A stretch of DNA of 64,000 nucleotides from an uncultured virus (IMG/VR IMGVR_UViG_3300046170_000428) (IMGVR_UViG_3300046170_000428); one strand, 5' to 3'; positions 20,022 through 30,256 are shown, counted from the stretch's first letter. Numbers and translations: made by a program. The notes: a model not told the origin generated them from the letters alone.

Positions 20022-20144
20022 ATGCAAAATCTTTGCCAAAAATGTAATCATGAATGCCATTGTGAATTAATAGAATGCCCAACTTGTCCAAATGACATAT
20101 GTTATAATTGCGAATGTGAAAACGTAACTAAAAACAAGGAATAA
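20022..20144 (+). CDS. Cys-rich metallothionein-like peptide (40 aa)
   Basis: GGAGGA RBS; MQNLCQKCNHECHCELIECPTCPNDICYNCECENVTKNKE has 9 Cys and 2 His. Confidence 0.75.
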   Translation: MQNLCQKCNHECHCELIECPTCPNDICYNCECENVTKNKE

Positions 20145-20148
20145 AAAA

Positions 20149-20595
20149 ATGAATATAGACCAATTAAGAAAAGAACTCGAAGTTGATGAAGGAGTAAAGT
20201 ATGAAATATATAATGATCATCTTGGGTACCCTACTTTTGGGATTGGCCATCTGGTTATCGATACTGATCCAGAATATGGAGAAGAGGTTGGAACACCTGT
20301 CTCAGAAGATAGAGTCGCAGAGGCATTTGATAAAGATGTTAGAACAGTGATTTCAGATTGCGAAGTATTATATCCAGACTTTGATGAACTCCCAGAAGAA
20401 TGCCAACTAATCATTGCAAACATGATGTTTAATATGGGTCGACCAAGACTTAAAAAATTTAAAGGTATGAAGCGTGGAGTAGACTCTCGTGATTGGAATG
20501 CAGCTGCAGATGAAATGATTGATTCTGCTTGGTATAGACAAGTTCCAAATAGAGCTGGTAGACTTGTAAAAAGGATGAGAGCACTTAGTGATTAA
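20149..20595 (+). CDS. T4-type lysozyme (GH24)
   Basis: DEG..Y.DHLGYPTFGIGHL, NMMFNMG, WYRQVPNRA. Confidence 0.92.
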   Translation: MNIDQLRKELEVDEGVKYEIYNDHLGYPTFGIGHLVIDTDPEYGEEVGTPVSEDRVAEAFDKDVRTVISDCEVLYPDFDELPEECQLIIANMMFNMGRPRLKKFKGMKRGVDSRDWNAAADEMIDSAWYRQVPNRAGRLVKRMRALSD

Positions 20596-20893
20596 TATAA
20601 CAGAAAAAGCAAAAGACTATTTAACAGAAATGACGTGGGCTCAAGATAAAAAGTACGCGTTTCTTTCTGTTAATGGTGGCGGCTGTTCTGGATTTCAATA
20701 TAAATGGGACATGCTAGATGAACCAGTTGATGGACATTTAGTTGAAGATATTCTTTATATAGACAAAGTTGCAGAAATGTTTGTCATTGGCTGCACTGTA
20801 GATTATGTAACAGAATTCGGTGGTTCATATTTAAAAGTAATTAACCCAAATGCAGTTGCAAATTGCGGCTGCGGAGAAAGTTTTGCCATTTGA
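20588..20893 (+). CDS. IscA/HesB A-type Fe-S carrier
   Basis: GGGCSGFQY and NPNA..CGCGESF. Confidence 0.93.
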   Translation: MINITEKAKDYLTEMTWAQDKKYAFLSVNGGGCSGFQYKWDMLDEPVDGHLVEDILYIDKVAEMFVIGCTVDYVTEFGGSYLKVINPNAVANCGCGESFAI

Positions 20894-20906
20894 TCGCATT
20901 TTTTAG

Positions 20907-20935
20907 TGTACATTTATTAAAAAACAGTGTATAAT
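20907..20935 (+). promoter_or_regulatory. TGTACA-N17-TATAAT promoter
   Basis: Exact motif upstream of gp43. Confidence 0.8.
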
Positions 20936-20961
20936 ATCTTTATACAATTGAGTGAGGTAAT

Positions 20962-23451
20962 ATGTCGTTTTACACTAATGTTTGTCGTTATGGTAATACT
21001 ATTTTATATCGTGGTTATAACAACCACGCTAAGCGTATATATAAACGCGATACAGAATTTAAACCTGTATTTTTTACAGAAACAACAAAACAAAGTCAAT
21101 GGAAATCTTTAGACGGTCGTAACATTGGACCTGTAATACAGCCATCAATGCGTGATGCTAAAGAATGGTTAGAACGAAATAAAAATGTTTCTGGTAAAAA
21201 AGTATTTGGCAATGCTAAATATCTTCAACAATATATAACTCATAAGTTTCCACGCGAAATTGAATTTCGACGTGAGTTTATCGATGTTGGTACATTTGAT
21301 ATTGAAACTGAATATGATGATGGCTTTCCAGAACCAGCTGAAGCTAGTCAAAGAATCCTTTCGATTACTTACAAATCAAGTAAGTCAAAACTATATCACG
21401 TTTGGGGTTATGGCGAATTTGACACTGAGAAGTCTCTTATTCAACCAGTTCGCTATTATAGGTGTCGTGATGAAGTCTCTCTCCTCACTAAATTTATAGA
21501 CTTCTGGTCAGATCCCGATAAAACTCCGGACGTGATTACTGGTTGGAATACTCGATTTTTTGATGTTCCATATCTAATTAATCGTACGCAAAAAGTATTA
21601 TCTCTTGATGCATGTAAACGATTCTCTCCTTGGAAAATGATTGATCATCGTGAAATTACACGAAAAGGTAAAACACAAATTGCATATGATATTAAAGGTA
21701 TTGAGCAACTCGATTATCTTGAGCTCTTTCAAAAGTTTGGTTATTCGTATGGCGCACAAGAATCATATAAACTCGATCATATTGCATATGTAGTTCTTGG
21801 TGAAAAGAAACTTTCATATGAAGAAGCGGGCTCACTTAAAAATCTGTACAAACAAGATTTTCAAAAATATATCGACTATAATATGAAAGACGTTGAACTC
21901 GTTGATCGGCTTGAAGACAAGATGGGTCTTATTACCTTGGCTATGACTATGGCTTATCGTGGTGGTGTAAACTATTCAGAAACTTTTGGTGTTACGTCTA
22001 TTTGGGAATCGATCATTTATCGTAAACTTTTATCAGAAAAAAGAGTACCGCATGTATCTAATGGTGAAGTTACAAAGACAAAGTTTGCCGGCGGTTTTGT
22101 AAAAGATCCGCAAGTTGGTATACATGATTGGGTAGTTTCTTTTGATTTGAATTCTCTATATCCTAATATTATTGTACAATGGAATATGAGTCCAGAAACT
22201 CTTGTATCTGGTATTGAGAAAAGTGGTGTAGATCACTACATGGATGCTGAACCATATAAGGGACCTAATTGTGTAGCAGCAAATGGTTCAACATATACTC
22301 ATAAAATGGATGGTGTAATTCCAAACATTATTATTGATTATTATGCGGATCGTAAATTAATAAAAAAGCAAATGCTAGAAGCAGAAAGCGCGTATCAAAA
22401 ACAAAAGACTATTGAACTTGAAAAAGAAATTAATACACTTAATAATCAGCAAATGGCTATTAAGATTCTAATGAACTCTTTATATGGTGCGCTTGGTAAT
22501 CAGTACTTTAAATATTTTGATCTTCGCCTCGCTGAAGGTGTCACACTAACTGGCCAATTGGCTATTCAATGGGCTGAACGTACTGTTAATGAATATATGA
22601 ATGAGGTACTTAAAACAAATGATATCGATTATGTTATTGCTATTGATACCGATAGCCTTTATGTTAATTTCGGTCCATTAGTCAAAAAATTTGCACCTAA
22701 AAATCCTGTTAATTTCCTTGATATGATTTGTACACAAAAGTTTGAACCTGCAATTGCAAAATCTTATGAAAAGCTTTATAAAAATATGAATTGCCATAAA
22801 CCGCGTATGGAAATGGGTAGAGAAGTTATTGCCGATCGTGGTATTTGGACAGCAAAAAAGCGCTATATACTTAATGTGCATAATAATGAAGGCGTACAAT
22901 ACACAGAACCAAAACTTAAGATTATGGGCATTGAAGCTATTAAGTCATCTACTCCTGAAATTTGTCGTGATAAATTCAAAGAGATTTTTAAAATCCTAGT
23001 ATCTGGTACTGAAGAACAAGCGCAAGAATATATTCGCAAATTTAAAGAAAGTTTTAAACAATTACCTCCTGAGCAAGTTGCATTTCCAAGAGGTGTTGGT
23101 ATTATTACCGCGTGGTCTAGTAAACAAACTATTTACAAAAAGAGTTGTCCTATTCACATTCGCGGTACATTACTTTATAACAAATATATAAAAGAAGGTA
23201 AATTGACAAAGAAATATGAATTAGCAACTAATGCATCTCGCGTTAAGTTTTGTTATCTTAAACTGCCAAATCCTATTCAAGAGAATGTTATATCGTTTCC
23301 TGAAGTTCTTCCGGAAGAATTTAAATTACATCGATATATTGATTATGATAAGCAGTTTGAAAAGTCTTTCGTTGAACCTCTACGATTAATTCTTGATGCT
23401 ATAGAATGGACATCAGAACCTCAAGCAACATTAGATGAATTTTTTGGATAA
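20962..23451 (+). CDS. 43: family B DNA polymerase (gp43)
   Basis: DIET exonuclease, SFDLNSLYP, KILMNSLYG, DTDS; C-terminal clamp-binding TLDEFF. Confidence 0.98.
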   Translation: MSFYTNVCRYGNTILYRGYNNHAKRIYKRDTEFKPVFFTETTKQSQWKSLDGRNIGPVIQPSMRDAKEWLERNKNVSGKKVFGNAKYLQQYITHKFPREIEFRREFIDVGTFDIETEYDDGFPEPAEASQRILSITYKSSKSKLYHVWGYGEFDTEKSLIQPVRYYRCRDEVSLLTKFIDFWSDPDKTPDVITGWNTRFFDVPYLINRTQKVLSLDACKRFSPWKMIDHREITRKGKTQIAYDIKGIEQLDYLELFQKFGYSYGAQESYKLDHIAYVVLGEKKLSYEEAGSLKNLYKQDFQKYIDYNMKDVELVDRLEDKMGLITLAMTMAYRGGVNYSETFGVTSIWESIIYRKLLSEKRVPHVSNGEVTKTKFAGGFVKDPQVGIHDWVVSFDLNSLYPNIIVQWNMSPETLVSGIEKSGVDHYMDAEPYKGPNCVAANGSTYTHKMDGVIPNIIIDYYADRKLIKKQMLEAESAYQKQKTIELEKEINTLNNQQMAIKILMNSLYGALGNQYFKYFDLRLAEGVTLTGQLAIQWAERTVNEYMNEVLKTNDIDYVIAIDTDSLYVNFGPLVKKFAPKNPVNFLDMICTQKFEPAIAKSYEKLYKNMNCHKPRMEMGREVIADRGIWTAKKRYILNVHNNEGVQYTEPKLKIMGIEAIKSSTPEICRDKFKEIFKILVSGTEEQAQEYIRKFKESFKQLPPEQVAFPRGVGIITAWSSKQTIYKKSCPIHIRGTLLYNKYIKEGKLTKKYELATNASRVKFCYLKLPNPIQENVISFPEVLPEEFKLHRYIDYDKQFEKSFVEPLRLILDAIEWTSEPQATLDEFFG

Positions 23452-23459
23452 AATAATGA

Positions 23460-23488
23460 TGTACAAAGTCATAAAAACATGGTATAAT
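23460..23488 (+). promoter_or_regulatory. TGTACA-N17-TATAAT promoter
   Basis: Exact motif. Confidence 0.8.
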
Positions 23489-23511
23489 AATATAATAAAA
23501 AAGGAAAAGAT

Positions 23512-23928
23512 ATGAGTAAAAATTGGTTTCACGATATGGTAGTTATGCATCAAAAATTTGGTGTAAACAAATGGATGGATGAAGAAAAAGTTTCAAAAAA
23601 TTCTAGACTTAATGAATATATGAAATTTAGAATTGGTATGATGCAAGAAGAACTTGATGAAACAAAAGTTGCATTTGAAAATAAGAATGAAGAAGAAGTT
23701 GTTGATGGCATTATAGACTTATGTGTTTTTGCTATTGGCACATTAGAAGTATTTGGTGTTGATGCTAATAAAGCATGGGATCAAGTATATCATGCTAATA
23801 TTAGTAAAGAAGTTGGTATAAAAGAAGGTAGACCTAATCCGCTTGGATTACCAGATTTGGTAAAGCCTGAAGGTTGGGAAGGTCCATCACACGAGGGAAA
23901 TCATGGGAATATCTCTGACTCTTTTTAA
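23512..23928 (+). CDS. MazG/HisE-like dNTP pyrophosphohydrolase
   Basis: EELDE...EVVDGIID, ANISK, KPEGW. Confidence 0.8.
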   Translation: MSKNWFHDMVVMHQKFGVNKWMDEEKVSKNSRLNEYMKFRIGMMQEELDETKVAFENKNEEEVVDGIIDLCVFAIGTLEVFGVDANKAWDQVYHANISKEVGIKEGRPNPLGLPDLVKPEGWEGPSHEGNHGNISDSF

Positions 23929-24832
23929 AAGTATTTTTGATAACAAAACGAATAAACGCATTGATGCAAAAGACTTCGATGCGTTCGAATCTGTTTTATA
24001 TGATTTATCAGAAAAACCATTTAAAAATAAAAAAGATGCGATGTTAATGTCTCCTGCTGTTTATACTGCGGACACAACTCGTAAAAATGATAATGTTATC
24101 GAATGGGCCGGTTGGTGCGCAGTCGATGTTGATGAGTATACACCAAAAGGAGATTTAAAAGATGATTTGGTTAAACGTTTTTCTGCCTATCGTTTTGTGT
24201 GTTATAGCACTGCAAGTTCAAAAAACAATCAACCGAAGTTTCGTCTCGTCTTTCCTCTTAAAAGATCAGTTGAAAACGATGGAATTAAACGATTCTGGTA
24301 TGCTCTCCAATCAGAGCTCGGAGATCTCGGAGACAGACAAACTAAAGATTTATCTCGTATGTACTATATCCCAGGCAAATATGCTAGTGCTGACAACTTT
24401 ATATGGAGTCATCGTGACGGGAATCCTATTGACCCAGATGAGTTAATTTTTAAACACCCTATGCCTGAAAAGCAAAGTTTAAATAACTTTTTTGATAGGT
24501 TACCTGAAGCTGTTCAACAAGAAATAGTTAACTATAGAAAAGAAAAATTAGATGCAAATTTTGAATGGTCATCATATCATGATTGCCCATTCTGGCCGAG
24601 GCAACTCGCCGCAGAATACCAGACTATTAGTCAGACTGGTTGGTATGCAAAAATGTATGCCATAATGGTAGCTACCGCAGGGAATGCTATCCGTAAGAAA
24701 TATCCAATTACTGCTTCTGAGGTTTCTATATTATGTAGACAATTTGATGAAGATACTGGTAATTGGTATAAAAACAGACCACTAGATAAGGAGGCCGATC
24801 GTGCACTTGAATACGTTTACAGAAATATCTAA
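23903..24832 (+). CDS. primase-like protein (probable AEP/PrimPol fold)
   Basis: AVDVD, YSTASS, KFRLVFPL, DLSRMYYIP. Confidence 0.65.
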   Translation: MGISLTLFKSIFDNKTNKRIDAKDFDAFESVLYDLSEKPFKNKKDAMLMSPAVYTADTTRKNDNVIEWAGWCAVDVDEYTPKGDLKDDLVKRFSAYRFVCYSTASSKNNQPKFRLVFPLKRSVENDGIKRFWYALQSELGDLGDRQTKDLSRMYYIPGKYASADNFIWSHRDGNPIDPDELIFKHPMPEKQSLNNFFDRLPEAVQQEIVNYRKEKLDANFEWSSYHDCPFWPRQLAAEYQTISQTGWYAKMYAIMVATAGNAIRKKYPITASEVSILCRQFDEDTGNWYKNRPLDKEADRALEYVYRNI

Positions 24833-25265
24833 ATCTTTTATGGCTGCGCCAGATAAAGATTTTATTAAAGAAAGAGATAAAAAAGCAAATTGGTGGAGCC
24901 CTCGAAGGGCTGATGCTGAATTTCCAGAATGGCATCAAGTAATAATTGATCCATTGCAAGAGAAATATTTTAATAAAAAAGGTGAAGTATATGATGCCGA
25001 TGTTGTACATAAAAAATACGGTATTTGTGAATACAAACAATTTGCAAAAGCAGGATTTAAAATAAGTGATAATACCGAAAAAGCAATTATAGCTGGTATT
25101 GTAGAAAATATTATTGTTTGGAGATGGTCAAATAATAATAGATGGGATCCACTTCAAGAAGGTAAATCTGTAGGTTATGATATTGTGGGTATTGTAGATG
25201 CTAAAGAAGCCCTTAAAAAGTCATATATTGATGAAAAAGGTGAACGTAGATGTAAACTTTTTTAA
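24801..25265 (+). CDS. hypothetical protein
   Basis: 154-aa ORF; possible D..E.K motif (DAD...CEYKQ). Confidence 0.6.
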   Translation: MHLNTFTEISKSFMAAPDKDFIKERDKKANWWSPRRADAEFPEWHQVIIDPLQEKYFNKKGEVYDADVVHKKYGICEYKQFAKAGFKISDNTEKAIIAGIVENIIVWRWSNNNRWDPLQEGKSVGYDIVGIVDAKEALKKSYIDEKGERRCKLF

Positions 25266-25304
25266 ACTATTTTGCTAAGTTATTGTTTTCATTGAATATT
25301 TTTT

Positions 25305-25376
25305 TCAAATAAAATGAAAAAAAGTGTGTACAAACGCAAAAAAGTATGGTATAATATACTTATAAAATGAAAAAAG
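25305..25376 (+). repeat. ~70-bp early promoter cassette, copy 1
   Basis: tcaaataaaatgaaaaaaagtgTGTACA-N17-TATAATatacttataaaatgaaaaaag. Confidence 0.85.
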
Positions 25377-25388
25377 ACGGAGAACATT

Positions 25389-25742
25389 ATGTATAAAGGA
25401 TATCAGTTTAATTTATTTCAACCTTCATGGGGTCTTAATCCTGGATTTAAAAGACTAGCCGACGAGCTAAACGGTCTTATTCCATTTCAAGGAAAAGTTT
25501 CAAATCCAAGATCTAAGAATAAGAATCTTGAAGCATTTAGAAAAGCTCAAAACTGTATATACGATCTTTTTAATAATGGTCTCTGCAATAGAAGATCAGA
25601 GTTTGTAAGACTTTTTGATTTTTCACCACCAGCTTCAAGACATTGGACTGAAATAGCTTTCGACGATATTGAAAATAGAGTTGAAGGAAATCTTTCACTC
25701 CGATTATTATAGCTGCCTGCTAAAGAACAGGGAGTTAGATAA
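25389..25742 (+). CDS. hypothetical early protein (3' end likely affected by indels)
   Basis: ORF 25389..25712; a shifted frame continues to a stop that overlaps the next ATG. Confidence 0.6.
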
Positions 25743-25903
25743 TGACTTCTCTAGAAATAGATAAGCAAATATTTTTTGCTAAAGGTGGTAAGATTACTAA
25801 ATGTCGTCCATCAAATAAAAGGCCTGAACCAAAGCGTTCACCATTCTCTGTATTTAATATTGGAGCAAAGAAAAATCACTTAAGAAATATGGGATATGCA
25901 TAA
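25742..25903 (+). CDS. small protein (53 aa) with FFAKGGKITKC motif
   Basis: GGAG RBS and TAATG junctions on both sides; not in the ORF track. Confidence 0.7.
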   Translation: MTSLEIDKQIFFAKGGKITKCRPSNKRPEPKRSPFSVFNIGAKKNHLRNMGYA

Positions 25904-26127
25904 TGTCACTATTAGATTCAAATCAAACACCAATAGGTTCTGAACAATTTAGACACGAACAAGAAATTGAAATAGATCCAGATAAAAGATTCTGGGAATA
26001 TGATGATGATGGTACCAAAATCTACAAACTAGAATGTGGTTTTGGTTTGAAAACACCATGGGATGGTGGTTATATGTTATGGAAACAAAAATATGGACAT
26101 GATTGGGAAAAAGATGGAAATAAGTAA
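25903..26127 (+). CDS. hypothetical protein
   Basis: 74-aa coupled ORF. Confidence 0.65.
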   Translation: MSLLDSNQTPIGSEQFRHEQEIEIDPDKRFWEYDDDGTKIYKLECGFGLKTPWDGGYMLWKQKYGHDWEKDGNK

Positions 26128-26329
26128 AAAAGAAGCAAATAGATTATTTTATGCAATAAAGGGTCAAACTATTCCGTCAGATTGGTCCGAAAGTGATATT
26201 TGTAGAATGGTTGATTCATACACTCTAAGACTTTGGGGAAATAGTGAAAGAATGATTTACACTGAAGATAGATTTGAAAAAGCGTGGAAAGAAGTGTGTA
26301 CAAATGTGCAAAAACGTGGTATAATATAA
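26114..26329 (+). CDS. hypothetical protein
   Basis: Likely start MEISKKEA within ORF 26063..26329. Confidence 0.6.
   Translation: MEISKKEANRLFYAIKGQTIPSDWSESDICRMVDSYTLRLWGNSERMIYTEDRFEKAWKEVCTNVQKRGII
26297..26325 (+). promoter_or_regulatory. TGTACA-N17-TATAAT promoter heading the modification cluster
   Basis: Exact motif. Confidence 0.75.
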
Positions 26330-26349
26330 TGGTTAAGTCGGAGAAGAAT

Positions 26350-26673
26350 ATGAAAGAATCAGTTAAAGTCCTTAATGAGTGTATCGAATTACAACTTAAA
26401 AAATCAGATGACTATCAAAACAAAGAGTCAAATGTAACCCAAGCTATGCACTATCGTCGCGGTGTAGATAGTATTCACGATATTATTCAAGGTAAAATCT
26501 ATCGCGCACAATCTATTCTAGAAAGTAAAGGTGATCCTAACTTTGAATCGCTCGAAGATACTTACAAAGATATGATTAACTATGCATCATTTGCAGTATC
26601 TTATATGCGTGGTAAAATGGAAGGTCAAGATCCAAATCGTGATATGTATAATAAACCTAAAAGTAAAACATGA
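26350..26673 (+). CDS. DUF1599/nucleotide-modification-associated domain protein
   Basis: KKSDDY...K..R...ESLEDTYKDMINYA pattern; GGAG RBS. Confidence 0.7.
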   Translation: MKESVKVLNECIELQLKKSDDYQNKESNVTQAMHYRRGVDSIHDIIQGKIYRAQSILESKGDPNFESLEDTYKDMINYASFAVSYMRGKMEGQDPNRDMYNKPKSKT

Positions 26674-26873
26674 ACGTAAGAGAAAAAATAAAAGTTCGTA
26701 TGGATAGACTTCAGTTTTTTATGGAAAATAATGTACATTTAGAAAATCCAGATCAAGTTGAAGAACACATAAACACAGTAGCAAAATTTTGGCCTGCACT
26801 ATCAGATGAAGATAAAGATTATATTCATGGTGCACGTTTTGCTATTGAAGAAAAAATGCATTGGAAGCTATGA
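26670..26873 (+). CDS. hypothetical protein
   Basis: 67-aa coupled ORF. Confidence 0.65.
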   Translation: MNVREKIKVRMDRLQFFMENNVHLENPDQVEEHINTVAKFWPALSDEDKDYIHGARFAIEEKMHWKL

Positions 26874-27049
26874 CGAATATTAAACGTACATATGAAATTA
26901 TATTTCCAACTGGTAAAAAAGAGTTATGGAAAAATATTACCATTATGGAATTATTAAAAAGATATAATACTACGCCTAATATACAGGTTAAAGAAGTTAA
27001 TAAAAATATATTTAATTGGGAAAAAGAGGAAAATGATGAAAGTAAGTGA
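26861..27049 (+). CDS. hypothetical protein (paralogue of 13162..13389)
   Basis: RTYEIIFPTGKKELWKNIT. Confidence 0.65.
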   Translation: MEAMTNIKRTYEIIFPTGKKELWKNITIMELLKRYNTTPNIQVKEVNKNIFNWEKEENDESK

Positions 27050-27716
27050 TATTCGTAATTATTTTATTGAGGAACTAAAAAAAGAAAACTTTACAATAGA
27101 TAAAACTGGTCAAAAAACTATTGAAGTGATTGGTGCTTCTTTTCTTGCAGATGAACCATCAATATTCGGTAAACCAAGTGATGAATATATCAATCATGAA
27201 ATCATTTGGTATCGATCTCATAGTTGTAATATTAATGATATTTATGGTGATGATCGTGAACCACCTAAAGCTTGGCAATTAAGTGCTAATAAGTATGGTG
27301 AAATTAATTCAAACTATGGGTGTCTTATTAATTCTGATAAATATTATGGCCAATACGGTATGGCACTTGACGAGTTACTTTATAATAAAGATAGCCGTCG
27401 AGCCTCTATGATATATCAAAGGCCTTCAATATGGGTGGAGTATGAAGAAGATGGTAAGAACGATTTTATATGTACTAATGCCGTTACTTATTACATCCGC
27501 GATGGTGAATTACACGCAGTCGTACAAATGCGCTCAAACGATGTCGTGTTCGGATATAAAAATGACTATGCTTGGCAGCTTCATGTTCTAGAAGAATTAG
27601 TACACGATTATAATAGTTGCAAAACTGATACCTACGAAGAAGTAAAGCCTGGCGATATAACATGGCAAGTTCAAAATTTGCATGTGTATGAAAGGCATTT
27701 TCATCTTGTCAAATAA
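27033..27716 (+). CDS. thymidylate-synthase-fold dCMP hydroxymethylase (T4 gp42-like)
   Basis: INSNYG, DFICTN (catalytic Cys), QMRSNDVVFGYKNDYAWQ, NLHVYERHF. Confidence 0.85.
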   Translation: MMKVSDIRNYFIEELKKENFTIDKTGQKTIEVIGASFLADEPSIFGKPSDEYINHEIIWYRSHSCNINDIYGDDREPPKAWQLSANKYGEINSNYGCLINSDKYYGQYGMALDELLYNKDSRRASMIYQRPSIWVEYEEDGKNDFICTNAVTYYIRDGELHAVVQMRSNDVVFGYKNDYAWQLHVLEELVHDYNSCKTDTYEEVKPGDITWQVQNLHVYERHFHLVK

Positions 27717-28149
27717 ATGGGATAAAAGATTTTTAGATCTTGCAGAACATATTGCAACCTGGTCTAAAGATCCATCAAAAAAGATTGGTGCTGTTGCGGT
27801 AGGTGCTCAAGGGCAAATCCTAGCGCAAGGGTATAATGGGTTTCCTCGAGGTATAAATGATCTCGCATTTCGTTATGAAGACCGAGAGGAAAAATACAAA
27901 CTGGTAGTTCACGCAGAAATGAATGTCATTTATAATGCATCTTATAATGGTGTTTCCTTGAATGATTCGACTTTATATGTGTACGGACTACCAGTTTGTC
28001 ACGATTGTGCAAAAGGTATAATTCAAGTTGGAATAAAAAATGTTATGATGAGCAAAAAGGTTTTACCGATTGATAAAAGATGGGAAGAATCGTGGATAAC
28101 AACACAAAAATTATTTAAAGAATCAGGAATAAATTATGAATTCGCTTAA
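27682..28149 (+). CDS. dCMP deaminase
   Basis: WSKDPS, GYNGFPRG, HAEMN, PVCHDCAK. Confidence 0.93.
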   Translation: MCMKGIFILSNKWDKRFLDLAEHIATWSKDPSKKIGAVAVGAQGQILAQGYNGFPRGINDLAFRYEDREEKYKLVVHAEMNVIYNASYNGVSLNDSTLYVYGLPVCHDCAKGIIQVGIKNVMMSKKVLPIDKRWEESWITTQKLFKESGINYEFA

Positions 28150-29315
28150 CATTGAATTAACTGAATATTATGATGATTTTTTGCGATATTTTAATAAAGC
28201 AAAAGAACAACAATCAAAATGTAATGTTTCAATATATGAACCATATGGTATGATCCCTCACATGGAATCAAATATGGATGATGACTTGATGCATTATATT
28301 GAACTTTATGATGTTGTTGAAAGAAAATATGCAGGGTTTTCTCAGATTATGAATGACTGTTGGTCCGGTTGGACTGAAGATCATCCATATTGGAAAAAGA
28401 TGGAAGCTGGCAAAGCCACGTATCAAAGAGAAACAGTTGCTTGGAACTGGACTGGTAAACATAAAGATTTTGATTTACCAGAATGGTTATATCTTTTTAT
28501 TTTACATAGGGTAACTGGTTCAGCGATTAATTACGGTACAAAACCATCTGGCTATCACAATACTCTTTTATTTACTTTACATAAAGCTAAAACAATTGAA
28601 GAGATGGTTTGGTATATGAAAAAACATACAACACCATTTTATACTTCTGTGGGTTATCAATTTCCTAAATTTCCAAAACCTCAAGGTGATTATAAAAGAG
28701 GAGGAGATTATTATCTTGGAGAATATTTACCAAGATTTGCTCGTGAAATGGCAGAATGGTTACAGGCATCAAATGCTAGAAAAGATCTAAGAGAAATTGG
28801 TGAATGGATGGGACAATGGAATCAAAAGAATGGTTTAAATAGATACACATTTCAATATGCCGCTGTAATTGCTGATATTGCCGATTGGTATCCTCAATAT
28901 GTTAACAGAGAATCGCATTTTTATTATGGAACAAATGCAGTAGAATGTATTAGTTATCTTGCTAAAAATACTAATAAAATGAAAAGAGAACAGTTTCTTG
29001 ATGCTGTTATGACTAAGATTTATGAAGACACTGGTTCAGTGCCGTATAACGCAGAAGATGTTTGTTGTGATTATATTCGTTGGGTAGAAAATTATGTACG
29101 ACCTGGTGCACATTACTCTCATGTTGATTTAGATAAAGTATGGTCATCAAGTAATATTAAAAATCATCCATATGGCAGACAAAAAGGCAATGTTAGATCT
29201 CGGTTTAGTTGAAACATTTAATAATATTAAACATCATCCATCTGACGATACTATTATTTCTGCAGCTGGATTAACAGTCGAACAATATAAAGAACAATGT
29301 AGGACATTACATTAA
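28136..29315 (+). CDS. amino-acid:DNA transferase-like (aGPT-Pplase, HhH glycosylase fold); one indel near 29185
   Basis: FQYAAVIAD...YYGTNA...NAEDVCCDYIRW resembles aGPT-Pplase C-terminal motifs; the corrected frame ends RTLH* overlapping the next ATG. Confidence 0.6.
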
Positions 29316-30256
29316 TGTCACACAATAAACATATAATTGATAAAATTAATAAAGATGTAGAAATACTTAGACTTGAAGGAGTGGCTAATCGCCATGACGC
29401 AAAAAAGTATTATTTAGAATTAGCACAGGGATGGGAAGATCCAAATCCTGATCCGGTAGTGGAGGAATATGATGGAGTTAGAGTTGTACGAGATGATCTC
29501 ATTACAGGTACAAAAGTACGAGGTGGAGATTGTCTTATTTCTAGTCTTAACCAGTCTACTCTCGTTTATGTTCAACCTCGGACGGGTCTTGCAGGCGTAT
29601 CACTCTTGGACGTGGCAAGGCGATACGGAAAACGTGTTAGACTTTTTATGCCATCTTCCAAGAGAATCAGTCACCACCAAGCTTGTTGTATTGAACGTGG
29701 TGCTGAATATGATTTTCATCGTATTGCTGCTATGCCTAATCTCAATAAAATAGCAAAAGACTGGGCAGATAAACAAGAAGATGCATATTTTATTCCACTT
29801 GGTTTAAAACATGAAAGAGTCACAGCTGGAATAGTAAAGGCAGCATCAAAAATAAAAGAACCTGAAGAAGTATGGACAGTAATATCAACTGGAGTACTTC
29901 ATCGAGCATTACAAATTGCATGGCCAAATGCTAAATTTTATGCGGTTGCGGTTGCAAGAAATATGAAAGCCGGTGAAATTGGACATGATAATATTATTTC
30001 TGCACCTGAAGCGTTTACACAGCCAACAAAAGAATTGCCACCATTTCCAAGTATTGACACATATGATGCAAAGGCATGGCGATATATACCTAAACGATCA
30101 GGTAGAGATATTTTATTTTGGAACGTAGGTACCGAACCAGTATTAAATGATGAAACTATATACGATCGAATCGATTCATATAGAGATTGGAGTAAAAATG
30201 AAAAAAGTATTACTAACGGGTCTAGGACCGATATCGAACAAAATTCATTCGCATAA
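29315..30256 (+). CDS. PLP-dependent enzyme (fold type II)
   Basis: VVRDDL.GTKVRG (PLP lysine), ISTGVL loop, YDAKAW, LFWNV. Confidence 0.8.
   Translation: MSHNKHIIDKINKDVEILRLEGVANRHDAKKYYLELAQGWEDPNPDPVVEEYDGVRVVRDDLITGTKVRGGDCLISSLNQSTLVYVQPRTGLAGVSLLDVARRYGKRVRLFMPSSKRISHHQACCIERGAEYDFHRIAAMPNLNKIAKDWADKQEDAYFIPLGLKHERVTAGIVKAASKIKEPEEVWTVISTGVLHRALQIAWPNAKFYAVAVARNMKAGEIGHDNIISAPEAFTQPTKELPPFPSIDTYDAKAWRYIPKRSGRDILFWNVGTEPVLNDETIYDRIDSYRDWSKNEKSITNGSRTDIEQNSFA

Noticed and set aside
20962..23451. Intein or intron in the polymerase, RNR, terminase or helicase
   Set aside because: Lengths are typical and no splicing motifs or insertions were seen.
29175..29315. Truncated AADT-like gene
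   Set aside because: A single indel restores a frame that ends exactly at the next start codon; likely an error.
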